Origin: Phoronis australis
Taxonomy: Eukaryota > Animalia > Phoronida
Direction: 5' to 3'
Length of the DNA stretch: 35,384 bases
Assembly: GCA_002633005.1 (NCBI GenBank)
Contig: NMRA01001026.1
Coordinates: forward strand, 1 to 35,384
Below are positions 12,541-24,418 of the stretch, in pieces (position 1 is the first letter of the stretch; every line of letters starts with the position of its first letter). The translations under genes and the position numbers were made by a program. The notes under the pieces were generated by a model, which did no database searches, was not told the DNA's origin, and worked only from the letters and a program-made list of their open reading frames with translations.

Positions 12541-13753
12541 AACAAGAGCAATGCGGAGCGTTGAAATGCGCCCACGAATGCACCGCAAATGGTGTGCTTT
12601 CAGTTTTGCTTATTTGTGTCATAAAATGGGCACTAGATGGCGCAAAAACATACAATCCGTCCGAAAATGGGAACATGTCATTGCTTCTTTAATAGAAAGC
12701 TATACAACAAATTCCAAACTTTATAGAATTCCGCCAAGGAACTTCAGAGAAACAAAGGAAAACAATAAAATGAAATTGCCATTAGGGGGCACAGTGTTCA
12801 ATGGATCCGCCTGAAAGTCGTTATTGTCTTTTGTTCGCTTCATATAAATATACTTAGTAAATTTAATAAAGATCCTACAGTGGGTTTAGAAGATACAGCT
12901 ATGGGCGCCAGAGTAGTCAAAGTCGTCATCATCAACCGTCCAATTTTCAAAACCATCCTTAGAATTATTTGTTTGATAGAGAGGTAGACGCCAAAAAAAC
13001 AGACTCGAAAACAGCAACAATGGCCACTAGGTGGCGCAAATTACCTTGATTCCATCCAAAAACGGGAGGATAGCGTCATATCATCAATAGATGCCCGTAT
13101 TCAAAATTTTATGAAAATCTGTCAAGAACCTTTGAAGATACAGAGGTAAACGTAAAACTTAAATTGCCACCAAGGGGCATACCAGTACTCAGATCCATCC
13201 CAAAATCATCGTCGTTCGTTGTCAATATCATTTAAAAACACTTCTTAAATTTAGTAAAGATCCTACAAACGGTTTAGGAGATACAGCTATGGGCTCAAAA
13301 AAGAAACTGCCACTAGTAGGCGCCACAGTAGTCGAAGTCATTGGAAAATAATCGTCACCCGTCCACTTCATTGTAAAAACATACATGCCAATTTTCACAA
13401 TTATCCTGAAAGCGGTTTTTTTTACAGAGGGGTGGACGCCAAAAACAAACTCGAAAACAGTAAAAATGGCCACTAGGTGGCGCAAACTAGGTCGAATCCA
13501 TCTGAAAATGAAAAGATAGCGTCACCTCACTAACAGAAGCCTGTACGCAAAATTTTATGAAAATACGTTGAGGACCTTTGAAGATACAGAGGAAAACGTA
13601 AAAAAATATAATTGCCACTAGGTGGCATATCAGTAATCAGATCTGTCCGAAAGTCATCGTCGTCTATTGTCAACATCATATAAATGCACTTATTAAATTT
13701 AATAAAACAACTGCAAAACGGTTTAGGAGATAAAGGCATAGGCGCAAAAAAAA
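12541..13753 (-). mobile_element. HINE (Helentron/DINE-1-like non-autonomous element) with internal ~150-bp subunit array, running into the gap
   Basis: Terminus AACAAGAG, stem-loop CAATGC-GGA-GCGTTG and subTIR ATGCGCCCAC are nearly identical to 20915-20949. Same subunits as the 21-22 kb array. Confidence 0.88.
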
Positions 13754-14499
13754 NNNNNNNNNNNNNNNNNNNNNNNNNNNNNNNNNNNNNNNNNNNNNNN
13801 NNNNNNNNNNNNNNNNNNNNNNNNNNNNNNNNNNNNNNNNNNNNNNNNNNNNNNNNNNNNNNNNNNNNNNNNNNNNNNNNNNNNNNNNNNNNNNNNNNNN
13901 NNNNNNNNNNNNNNNNNNNNNNNNNNNNNNNNNNNNNNNNNNNNNNNNNNNNNNNNNNNNNNNNNNNNNNNNNNNNNNNNNNNNNNNNNNNNNNNNNNNN
14001 NNNNNNNNNNNNNNNNNNNNNNNNNNNNNNNNNNNNNNNNNNNNNNNNNNNNNNNNNNNNNNNNNNNNNNNNNNNNNNNNNNNNNNNNNNNNNNNNNNNN
14101 NNNNNNNNNNNNNNNNNNNNNNNNNNNNNNNNNNNNNNNNNNNNNNNNNNNNNNNNNNNNNNNNNNNNNNNNNNNNNNNNNNNNNNNNNNNNNNNNNNNN
14201 NNNNNNNNNNNNNNNNNNNNNNNNNNNNNNNNNNNNNNNNNNNNNNNNNNNNNNNNNNNNNNNNNNNNNNNNNNNNNNNNNNNNNNNNNNNNNNNNNNNN
14301 NNNNNNNNNNNNNNNNNNNNNNNNNNNNNNNNNNNNNNNNNNNNNNNNNNNNNNNNNNNNNNNNNNNNNNNNNNNNNNNNNNNNNNNNNNNNNNNNNNNN
14401 NNNNNNNNNNNNNNNNNNNNNNNNNNNNNNNNNNNNNNNNNNNNNNNNNNNNNNNNNNNNNNNNNNNNNNNNNNNNNNNNNNNNNNNNNNNNNNNNNNN
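13754..14499. other. Assembly gap
   Basis: Run of N starting inside the tandem array. Confidence 1.
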
Positions 14500-14627
14500 C
14501 TGTTTGCGCGCGTGCACATTGCCGCACTTGCGACACTGCTTCCCTGAGAGCCAAACTGTGGCTGCATGTAATTCCCAATTAGGAAGCCCCGTGTCCCTTT
14601 CCTAAGATGGCCTAAGTGAGAGCCCTG
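14500..14627 (-). mobile_element. Probable end of a hAT-like non-autonomous element
   Basis: Minus strand begins CAGGGCTCTC at 14627. The partner end is not visible and may be in the gap. Confidence 0.3.
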
Positions 14628-16938
14628 AATACCATAGCTATATTTTAATAACTTACCAATATAATATGTAAAACTGTGTACTCGTGTCGAAAACAATTTT
14701 CTTCCCTGTTATGTACTCTTTCAAAACAGCATTATCTTCTTTCCATATGTCAGAAGTGAACTTTATTGCAGTATTTCTCTTAAACAAATCCAACAAGTTC
14801 ATTACGACATTCACTTGTTTTGTTAGTCACCTTTGTTGAAAAAACACATATAAAAGGTACATAGGTACACAGGTATTTCATTCAGCTGTCATCCAGTCCC
14901 CAAGTTGACTAACACTAGATTTTAACAATTATCAATTTATTAAGACATAAACGTAAATAATACTAGAAAATTCAGTCCCGAAACCGCAGCTAGCATTACG
15001 TCCGGGCTTTAGACAATGAACACACAATAATAGATAGAAATATTCAACTGTTATCATTATATACAAGAATAACAGAAAGAGAAAAGTGACATTGACTTAC
15101 AACACATCAATAACAGACTATTATGAACCAAGGATGCGACAGATTGAAGCAGTATGAGATCAGTTTATATACTGAATTTACTAGAACCATTAACGAGGAT
15201 GTTGACTTCAAACTACAAGATTCATTAAGTGTAGAGAACACCTCAGAGTTACTTTCGATGATCTGGAAGAGTCCCTGTAGTTGTTGAAAATTAATCGGAC
15301 TAAAACTAGATTCAAGTAAACAAAGCTTACAACGAAGCAAATGGGTCCCACTTCGCTGCGAAATCATCTGTTTTATACACAATACCTCTTTGTATGGTGG
15401 CAGTAAATAGAAAGACTTAAAACTGGATTTACATGCTACTGACAAATCTAAGCCATAGCAGGAATAAAACAGCAATGCCACGTTAGCATGATCTACACTG
15501 TACACGCTGCAGATCTTGCTTTAATGCCGTACCTCGTGGGCTCACATAGCCAAGTATTCTCCGGAGGCCAAAGAGACCCATTGGGTTATGCAATCTTTGT
15601 CTGGGCCATGGTTTTTTGCTTCGTTCTATGGCGCAAATGTAAGTCACCTGCTTAGTTAAGTTTCCCCAGCAAAGCTATAACCAAGAGAGAACACGAGACT
15701 TGCAGCTACTACCCTACTTAGGGGCTGGTTTGTATAACTGAAGTGTTGACGTCAGCAGAAACAGGTCAAACGCGCTTTATTCTGAAAAAAACGAACTACT
15801 CATTTCATATGCCAAGAACTGCACGATGACACTTGACTTACCTCAAAATCCAGCTGGTCCTTGGTGGTTTGGTAATTGACCCAATTATGTTGCACACCCA
15901 GCAGGATTAATGAGGAACGTAATATGACAACATCATACAAGTGCTTGAGGTTGTAAAAGTCACATTTCTTGTCGAATTTTCAAAATCCACTAAGCCTGAT
16001 CTCGTGCACTTTTCACGAACTATTCAAGTAAAGTATTTTTGAAAAAAAGAACTTTCAAAAAGAAAATTTAAAAATACCATTGTCACCCCTAGTGTGTTTA
16101 TGATGGATTTGATTAGCTAGAGAACGCCTAAGGCTATGTATTTAACAACAACAGCATGGTGTCTTTTATCAATGCCGGCAGATTTCGAGACAAACAAACT
16201 AGTCCACTTGTCCAATCTCGACGGTTAGGTGTCAACATAGGATTCTTTTCATGAGAAGAAAACTTGGCACATCAGTATTGTTCCAGCATCACGTCACAGT
16301 ACTTACTGGACACAGTTCGTTGATTTGAATCCGACCATTTCACCACGAAATTCGCTCTTAAAAACAATGTACAGCAACTTTAAAGACACTTCATATTCAT
16401 ATCTTCGCTATATGTTGTTTGTCAAACCAGTACATGGACCGTCAACTCCGTATATTTTCAATGGACGGAATCTATGATCTTTCGCTTAAGCCGTTGGATC
16501 ACTATTCACCAGCGACACGTGGAAGACATAGCACGTTTCAATTCTGGCAAGTACGTCGTCTGCTAATCATAGTCGGCTGCTGGCATAATGGAGAATCTTG
16601 ACCATGCAACTTGACCTATATTTCACTGCGGCTGACGTCACACGGACGGCGTAAAATTAGCCACAGGTAACGAGAGTTTATGAACCAGAAAGTGTAACTA
16701 TGTCCCTGACGAGTGGCGTATTTGTGTGGAAAATATATCTTTGTGTCCAGCCTTGAATCAACTTTTAGTTTAAAATCACTTTTGGCAACAAGGGAGTAAA
16801 GAACACTGGATATGTTAATGTCTCGAATTAGTTGGATCCCAATATTTCGTTGGTGATCCATTCCATAGGAGGGAAATTTGCAGGGCAACCTCCCACTCTT
16901 GTGAAAACATCAATTTCCATCATTCCACACCGACGCTG

Positions 16939-18285
16939 TCACAGCCCTAAACTTGGACAGCTGATATTCAATGATTTAGCCGTTTTCTCTAAATTTTTAA
17001 CCAAAGAGATATTGAACGGAAACGTGCCATTCTTGACCAACGGGGCTAGCCTGCGATAGTTGTCTTCAATCATTTTTTTACACTTGTCCAAACCATCTTT
17101 TCCTTTACACCACGTTTCATCACTGAATTCAAAGTGTTTCAAGAAAACGGTGTCCTTGAACTGATCACAAATTTTTTTGTTGCTCCCGTAGACATGCTGA
17201 TGGAGCTTGCAATACGTTATCTGTGTTAGTCGTAAATAGTCTGTTCCCGGTTTGGCAAGTCCATCAGGGTTACTGTTATGGAAAGCGTGATGAAGTTTCA
17301 TTGATGTATCCCCTGGCTTCACGTTCAATATATTTTTATGCGTTACCTTGTAATAGTTAGAAAACGCCGGGTATGCCAAATCCAAATGCCAATCGTACCT
17401 GTCTCGTTCATAGTGCCAGGCGTAATTACATATTATGTTAACAGGGCTCAAGATATTCAGTTGATAGATTTCGTAAAATGCTTCATCAAATGATTTGGTA
17501 TTAAATCGCTTCATAGCAAAATTGCGGAAGTTTGAAAACGTGTCTCTCCAGAAATAGGTTGGAAAGTATGTCATGCAGTCAGCAACAGCAGGATATCCGA
17601 TTGCAATATTTACTGTTTGAAACCATTTCAAAACCCATCCATGCTTCATTCGAGAGGAGGCCCCATAAACAACTACTCTTCCGTTTCGTATAACATCACT
17701 TGGCATCGCAGGACTTGTGAAAATAATATCCGTGTCAATCCAGCCTACGACGTCTACCGAGGAGTACCTGTCCATAAAGAAACTGCTGTATAACTGTCGT
17801 TTATAACCAAAGTCGCCGTGGTTTGGATCCGGACAAGCGGCCAGTTTCTTCGGATTCTCGGGAAGCGGTTCAAATTTAACAACTGGCCTAATCAAGTCGA
17901 ATTTCTTTTTTTCTAAAATTTTTGCAACTCGGTGGTCTTCTTTACTTTCACCATCCATTATAACTACAACAGTATCTCCATAAATAGGAGACCAATAAAG
18001 AACTAGTGTTCGCATTAACATACAAAAGAACCGCCCCATGAGGTTCTTGCCAGCCGAATTCACTGTAGAGACTCGAACCATTAATTCTATCTTAGGATTG
18101 AGTTTTTTAATATCCTTCGCTGCATCAGTCGTGAACTGTTTATAATTTACGGTGGCGTTCTCCTTCTTATTCCTGTTACATTGCACGGAGAGTGGCTGGT
18201 CCAAGGCTCCAGTCATTAGCAACAACGCAACGCTGGAGAGAACTATAGCAGAGAACAATGCAACGTATTTAACTCTGATGACCAT
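16939..18285 (-). CDS. Type II membrane (Golgi-type) putative GT-A glycosyltransferase-like protein, 448 aa, single coding exon
   Basis: Uninterrupted 1.35-kb ORF. Short basic tail plus TM (YVALFSAIVLSSVALLLM), stem with N-glycan site NAT, DxD motif after a hydrophobic strand (GYKRQLYSSFFMDRYSSVDVVGWIDTDIIF, 17728-17736) and several Cys. Start placed at Met25 of the 472-aa ORF because of the upstream splice acceptor. Confidence 0.85.
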   Translation of the reverse strand: MVIRVKYVALFSAIVLSSVALLLMTGALDQPLSVQCNRNKKENATVNYKQFTTDAAKDIKKLNPKIELMVRVSTVNSAGKNLMGRFFCMLMRTLVLYWSPIYGDTVVVIMDGESKEDHRVAKILEKKKFDLIRPVVKFEPLPENPKKLAACPDPNHGDFGYKRQLYSSFFMDRYSSVDVVGWIDTDIIFTSPAMPSDVIRNGRVVVYGASSRMKHGWVLKWFQTVNIAIGYPAVADCMTYFPTYFWRDTFSNFRNFAMKRFNTKSFDEAFYEIYQLNILSPVNIICNYAWHYERDRYDWHLDLAYPAFSNYYKVTHKNILNVKPGDTSMKLHHAFHNSNPDGLAKPGTDYLRLTQITYCKLHQHVYGSNKKICDQFKDTVFLKHFEFSDETWCKGKDGLDKCKKMIEDNYRRLAPLVKNGTFPFNISLVKNLEKTAKSLNISCPSLGL

Positions 18286-18290
18286 TGCAA

Positions 18291-18306
18291 CTGAAAAAGA
18301 AATCAC
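18291..18306 (-). promoter_or_regulatory. 3' splice acceptor 5 nt upstream of the ATG (implies an upstream non-coding exon)
   Basis: Minus strand GTGATTTCTTTTTCAG|TTGCA-ATG. Confidence 0.7.
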
Positions 18307-18379
18307 AACACGTTTACGTACTTCAGAGAATGGTGGTCGCCGTCGCAGGCTTTCCATTGGTTCTTGAAGTTGTAAGAAC

Positions 18380-18480
18380 CATAGGCGGATTTAGGGGGGA
18401 GGCCAGGAGGCCCGCCCCCACACCCCCCCNNNNNNNNNNNNNNNNNNNNNNGCAGTTTTAGTGTGTTTGGGGGGGGGCTC
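18380..18480 (+). mobile_element. Second copy end of the CATAGGCGGATTTAGGGGG family, containing a small gap (18430-18451)
   Basis: Same terminus as 9181-9198, followed by G and C homopolymers. Confidence 0.55.
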
Positions 18481-18985
18481 AGATCCAATTTCAAGTGTCA
18501 AATTCGGAACACGGCTCAATCGTAACAAAATTATGGCTAAGTATAGGCTCTCCCGCGATATCCCAGGCGACCGGCAGAAGCGCTGCGCACTACGACTCCG
18601 TTTCCGTCGTCTGCTTCACTGTGCAATGAAGGAAATTACTTCATTTTTTTAAAGAAAATGGAATCTGATTGACGATGAAAAAACAGAAGCTGCTGGTAAG
18701 ATGTGAATTTTAATCGAAGCCTCAGTGAATCACTCAGAAACTTATAATTATCTCTTTGTCAAACCTTAACTTGACGATTTCCAAAGCAATCGCCTCATTA
18801 GTGCCAACACTAAAAACGGATTTGGTCTTTTGGGCAATTGAAACCTATTTAAATACAACAAAATTGTTACGAACTGATTGCACAAAGTATAAAAAGTGTA
18901 ATAAGCATTACAAAAAGAAGTAGGTTTCGCGCGCAAACGCTGTGGACCATAAACAAGTAGGTCTCTTATCATGAAATTTTTAGTG

Positions 18986-19050
18986 AAGTCGTGGTGGTGT
19001 AGTGGTAAAGTACAGTCGCTCTTTCCGCCAGGTCGTGAGTTCGAGTGCAC
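18986..19050 (+). other. tRNA-like Pol III promoter remnant (SINE head or tRNA pseudogene)
   Basis: A box TGGTGTAGTGG (18995-19005) and B-box-like GAGTTCGAGTGC (19037-19048). No complete cloverleaf. Confidence 0.55.
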
Positions 19051-19665
19051 GCAAATTGCTGTTTTTCATGTTTGACATGTTCGCCGTGTTTATTTTTTCT
19101 TTTTCTTTGCCTTTTTTTCTTGGATAATACTTCAGGAATCAAGGAAAATGCTTGATTTTTAGAGGAAAAAACAGAAAATTTTTACCTCCCCCCATTTGGT
19201 GCCATGTGCATCTAATCGTGCTTTGCACAAATGTTTTCAGACAACATTGAACCACTGAAGTGCTTTTTCTGCAACTGCTGGCAGTGCTGTGTTCAGTGTT
19301 TGCTTTGCAACAAGTCTCTAATTACTGCAACAGTAGAAATTGACCATTTCATTATACCATAGAATTCTAGCCCTGGAATACCGACTTCGATCTCGCGCCG
19401 TGAATTCTTTTGTTCCGGTGCTATCGGGAATTTACTGTCACTTAAACTTTTCGGAACTCTGTCGTTTTTAACAAATTGCATATGAGTCACATCAATAGCA
19501 AGCTCCATTATAAGTTCATGATGGTGATACCAGAACCAAAATATAAGCAATTTAATTCATCCGTAATCATCATTTTGCATAGCAGACAGCAGGTAGAAAT
19601 TTTTTAATTCTAAAAACCAAGAGTGCTACAAAAATTCGTAAAATAACAGGATGTAATTCTGACAT

Positions 19666-20912
19666 AACAAGAGCAACCCGGAGCAATGCTATCAAACTTA
19701 AAATAGCCTCTGGGGGGAGGGCATACCAAGTCAGCAATGCTTTCCTCAACAGCAACACACGTGCCAAGCCCATAAAAATTGGCATTGAGTGCATAGGTGT
19801 AGTCAGATACGTCCAAACCCCGTCATCTGTTGTCAAGTTCATAGAAATACACTAACCAAATTTCCAAAGATCCAGCAGACAGAAACAGCTGCGGATGCAA
19901 AGAAAGAAAACTGTCAAATTGTCCAAAAATCGTCAACAATGCTCTTCCTACAAGTAAAACTAATTTTCGTAACTATTCTTATAGTGGTTTGGCCGATAGG
20001 GAGATGGACGTCAAAAACAGACTGAAACATAATAAAAAGAGCCACTAGGAGGCAAAAACCACCTCAAATCTATCTGAAAATAAAAATTTGTCATCGACTC
20101 CTTAATAGAAACCTATTTTTCAAATTTCATAAAAATCTATCTAGGAATTCCAAAGATACAGAACAATACAGCGAAAAAATAAAACAGACAAGGGCGCACA
20201 GCAGGAATCGGATCCATCCGCACGTCATCGTCACCCGTTGTCACCTTCATACAAATACACTTGCGAAATTTAACAATCCTACAGATGGTTTAGGAGACGC
20301 AACCACGGACGCAACGAAAACAAAACTGTCACTAGGAGGTGCCACAGTAATCGGCGCCGTCCAAAACTCATAGTCACATGTCCTCTTCCCAGGAAGAAGA
20401 TATATGTCAATTTTCATAATCATCCTAAGAGTGGTTTGGCCGACAGAGAGGCAGACGCCAAAAACAGACTTAAAATAATGAAAACGGTCACTAGGTGGCG
20501 TGCACTACGTCCAATCCATCTGAAAACGAAAAAGTGTAATCGCTTTCTAATAGAAATCTAGTTACCAAATTTCATAAAAATCCGTCCAGGAACTCCAAAG
20601 ATACAGAAGGAGATGAGAAATATAAAATTGTCAGTAGAGGGCACAGCGATTATTGGATCCGTCGTCACCTGTTGTCACCTCCAGCACTGTCAAATTTTAC
20701 AAAGATCCTGCGGCGGGTTTAGGAGATATGGCCATGGACGCAATAAAAAGAAAGCTGACAATAGTCGGTGCCGTCCAAAAATCCTCGCCACATGTCCTCT
20801 TCCAAGTAAGATATATGAAAACATTTATAATCATACTAGCAGTGGCGTCAAATCCAAGTGAAAACCAAAAGATATCATCACCTCTTTAATAGAAATCTAT
20901 TTACCGAAATTC
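19666..20912 (-). mobile_element. Older, diverged HINE of the same repeat family
   Basis: Starts AACAAGAGCAAC. Diverged subunits at about 20041, 20328, 20487 and 20630 (e.g. GCCACTAGGAGGC, GTCACTAGGTGGCG). Confidence 0.75.
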
Positions 20913-20914
20913 AT

Positions 20915-22661
20915 AACAAGAGCAACGCAGAGCTTTGAAATGCGCCCACGAATGCATTGCAAATGGTGTGCTTTTAGGGTTATTTATTTGCATCATAAAA
21001 ATGGCCACTAGATGGCGCAAAAACATACAATCCATACAAAAACAGGAACATGCCATATTTCATAAAAATCTGCCAAGGAACGTCAGAGAAACAAAGGAAA
21101 ACAGAATAAAATGAAATTGCCAATAGTGGGTCTAATGTCCTTTGGATCCGCCTGAAAGTCGTCGTCGTCTGATGTTATCTTCATATAAACACACTTACTA
21201 AATTTAGTAAAGATCCTGCGGTGAGTTTAGGAGATACAACTATGGGCGCAAAACAAAACTACCACTAGGAGGCGCCACAGTAGTCAGTCACCATCATCAA
21301 AGGTCGTCTTCACACCAAGAACCATATCCCAGTTTTCAAATGATTTGGTTGATAGAGGGGTGAACGCGAAAAAACAAACTCGAAAACACTAAAAATGGCC
21401 ACTAGGTGGCGCAAACTATGTCAAATCCATCTGAAAACGGGAGGATAGCGTCATCTCACTAATAGGTGCCTACATACCAAATTTCACAAAAATCCGTTCA
21501 GAACTTTTGAAGATACAAAGGTAAGCGTAAAAAAATTAAAATTGCCACTAGGGGGCACACCGGTAGTCGGATCCGTCCAAAAGTCGTCATCTTCCGTTGT
21601 TAACATCATATAAATATACTTACACAATTTGTAAAGATCCTGCGAACGGTTTAGGAGATACAGCCATAGGCGCAAAAAAACAAAACTGCCACTAGGAGGC
21701 GCCACAGTAGTCGAAATCGTCGGAAAATCATCGTCAACCGTCCTCTACATAGTAAGCATATACATGCCAATTTTCACAATCATCCTTTGAGCGGTTTGGT
21801 TGATAGAGGGGTGGACGCACAAAAACAGACTCGAAAACACTAAAAATGGCCACTAGGTGGCGCAAACTATGTCGAATCCATCTGAAAACGGGAGGATAGC
21901 GTCATCTCACTAATAGGTGCCTACATACCAAATTTCATGAAAATCCAATAAGGACTTGTGAAGATACAAAGGTAAGCGTAAAAAAATTAAAATTGCCACT
22001 AGGGGGCACACCGGTAGTCGGATCCGTCCAAAAGTCGTCATCTTCCGTTGTTAACATCATATAAATATACTTACACAATTTCGTAAAGATCCTGCCAACG
22101 GTTTAGGAGATACAGCCATAGGCGCAAAAAAAAAACTGCCACTAGGAGGCGCCACAGTAGTCGAAATCGTCGGAAAATCATCGTCAACCGTCCTCTGCAT
22201 AGTAAGCATATACATGCCAATTTTCACAATCATCCCTTGAGCGGTTTGGTTGATAGAGGGGTGAACGCACAAAAACAGACTCGAAAACACTAAAAATGGC
22301 CACTAGGTGGCGCAAACTATGTCGAATCCATCCGAAAACGGGAGGATAGCGTCATCTCACTAATAGGTGCCTACATACCAAATATCATGAAAATCCATTC
22401 AGGACTTTTGAAGATACAAAGGTAAGCGTAAAAAACTAAAATTGCCACTAGGGGGCACACCGGCAGTCGGATCCGTCCGAAAGTTCGCACATGCCGTCCC
22501 ATTCCTGAATGGAACATATGTGCCAAATTTCATGAACGTATGTCAAAGGGTTTTGGAGATAGAGCAGGAGACGCCGGACGCCGCCCGCCCGGACGGACGG
22601 ACGGACGGACGGAGATGACGGCATAATGCGTCCACATATAAATATGTGGGCGCATAAAAAA
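20915..22661 (-). mobile_element. Complete HINE (Helentron/DINE-1/pearl-like) element, 1.75 kb
   Basis: SubTIRs ATGCGCCCAC (20940) and GTGGGCGCAT (22646). Hairpin ATGCGTCCACATAT-AA-ATATGTGGGCGCAT (22626-22655), (GGAC)5 microsatellite (22591-22610), central tandem array, short terminal stem-loop, A/T-run ends and no TSD. Confidence 0.92.
20997..22480. repeat. Higher-order tandem repeat: ~450-bp unit of three subunits (~146+144+161 bp)
   Basis: Anchor AAAAATGGCCACTAG at 20997, 21391, 21842 and 22292. Subunit motif starts at 21398, 21544, 21688, 21849, 21995, 22138, 22299 and 22444. Confidence 0.95.
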
Positions 22662-23269
22662 GTAGCGAGTGCTGTCTTCTACCCAATGTGTGCATACACG
22701 CTAAGTTTCATGAAAATCTTTTCACCCAGTTTGGTAAATAGTGAGGCAAACAAAACGAAATAAATCGCCATACTAGTCGGATTCACGTGGCACGATCCGC
22801 GTGCTACAACGTGCAAGTGGGGGCGATGCGTGTGCGCGTGAGACAGCAGGACTGATTGTCCAAAATACAGAACTGTCGGTAAATATTTCGAACGGGCCAC
22901 GCAAATCAATCTATTTCAAATCATTCTATTTCATTGCATCTCTTCCGAAAGTGAAGTTTTGAATTGCGAAAATTTAGACCGAACTGTGTTCCACGAAATT
23001 TTCACCTGTTCCAGCGTGTTTATGTATAGTTACACTCAGGTTACGTGTCCATCGTTCATTGGAGGCAGACAGCTCAACTAGGAGCTTTCCATTTGGGGTG
23101 ATTAGTGCTGTCTTTACCACGAGGCCCACTAGGGCACTTGTTCGGGGCTCCAATGAATACAAGAATAGAGTAACTTAGTAGCTTGGTTTCCTAGTAAAAT
23201 TGTGATTGAGATTCCAGTCAATGTTTTCAGTATTGGTCAGCGAGACTGTAGTATATTTTTATAAAAATA

Positions 23270-23650
23270 GGAATAACGTATTTGCGGAAGACTGGAGGGA
23301 GGATAATGCTACAAAATCAAAATTGAAAACTTACATGTTATTTAAATCAAAGTTGGAAATTGAGCCAGGTCTTTATTTGGCCAGCACAGATTTGTAACTC
23401 TTCCTTTAGATATAGAACTTGGCAGATACACAAATACTGAGCCAAAAATATATTAATCCAGATTATGCAATCTCAGTGCTTCAGAAGATGTATGTCGCTC
23501 TTACTCTGCATGATTTCCGAAGAACACTTTATATTGAAGCTAATGATTAATGGTTTATCTGTTAAAAGCTTTCTGCTTTTATACAGACTTATATGTTTAT
23601 TTGTTTAATTGTTAAGAGTGGGATGGGTGATGTTCTTGAACTATTAAACC
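23270..23650 (+). mobile_element. 3' end of a non-LTR retrotransposon (RTE-X-like), decayed
   Basis: WREDNATKSKLKTYMLFKSKLEIEP..LAQHR..LPLDIELGRYT..LCN..ED, the typical C-terminal motif series, then ATTAAAC near 23643. Confidence 0.7.
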
Positions 23651-24418
23651 TGTAAAAAACAAATCATTATAATCAATTCATATTTGCGAGGGTTTACGAC
23701 AAGCAACTTTCACACGTAACATGCATTTGACTAAGTGAACCAACCGAATCTTGCACAAACATTGTACTTCCATTTTCTCGACCACAAAATGCGTTTCACC
23801 TAAAATTATGAATGTTGAAGTTTATACTTTAGTACTTAACGACCAGTCTAAGTATTTTATTTCACCCAATGTAACTGGCTACACAAGTTGTGTGAAATGA
23901 GGTGGATTTTTGTACTTCAAAGGAGCATGCCACCCAAAAAACAACCTAATTTGTATCAATTTAGATTGAATTGTTCTACTTCATAAGGACACGTACGGTT
24001 GCGTTACCTGACACCTGACGGCAGACGTAGGTGTTGAAATTATTCAATGACGTAATTGGTTTCACACGCAGTCTGTTCAGCAGTTCACAACACGGGTTAC
24101 TGGTGTCAGCTTATTGCTTGAATTCATCGTTTAACACCAATAAATCATCAAACTGCGATGTAAAACCCTTAAAAATACACCGAAATCTTATCAAAACATG
24201 TTGTTTTATTTCGCTGTTACGGATTTATTGGTGTTTGGACACACCGTAACCTACAAAGTTCGGCAGGCTAATAAGGTCCGTAGCAGGACTCGAAACAATT
24301 TTTGGCAATTTCTCTGCTTCTTTTGTGCGAACTTGGTAATTGATAATTGGTTATCAGACTGTGCTTGAATACATTATAGTTTATGCATAGTAGTTTCTAG
24401 TTCAAGTTTGCAAATGAA

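Noticed and set aside
9617-14696. Long ORFs of 219-388 aa in the ORF track (9617-10447 and 13530-14696 groups)
   Set aside because: Artefacts of translating through N-gaps.
15836-15985. Possible minus-strand exon ending in GAG|GTAAGT
   Set aside because: No acceptor in frame, an upstream stop and no recognisable product.
16700-16745. CTGACGA...GAAA motif
   Set aside because: No stem II complementarity.
18286-18357. N-terminal 24 aa of the 472-aa ORF
   Set aside because: Contains a strong splice acceptor and starts next to a TE end, so it is probably intronic.
18986-19050. Functional tRNA gene
   Set aside because: Acceptor and anticodon stems cannot be formed; kept only as a SINE-like remnant.
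21484-22290. Similar short minus-strand ORFs (also 13228-13485)
   Set aside because: Chance frames within tandem repeat units.
20997-22480. CRISPR-like regularly spaced motif
   Set aside because: The intervening sequences repeat with a 450-bp period rather than being unique spacers; eukaryotic context and no cas genes.
24001-24250. Candidate 5' UTR exon donor (CAG|GTAAC, minus strand) for the glycosyltransferase-like gene
   Set aside because: Cannot be told apart from a chance donor without transcript data.
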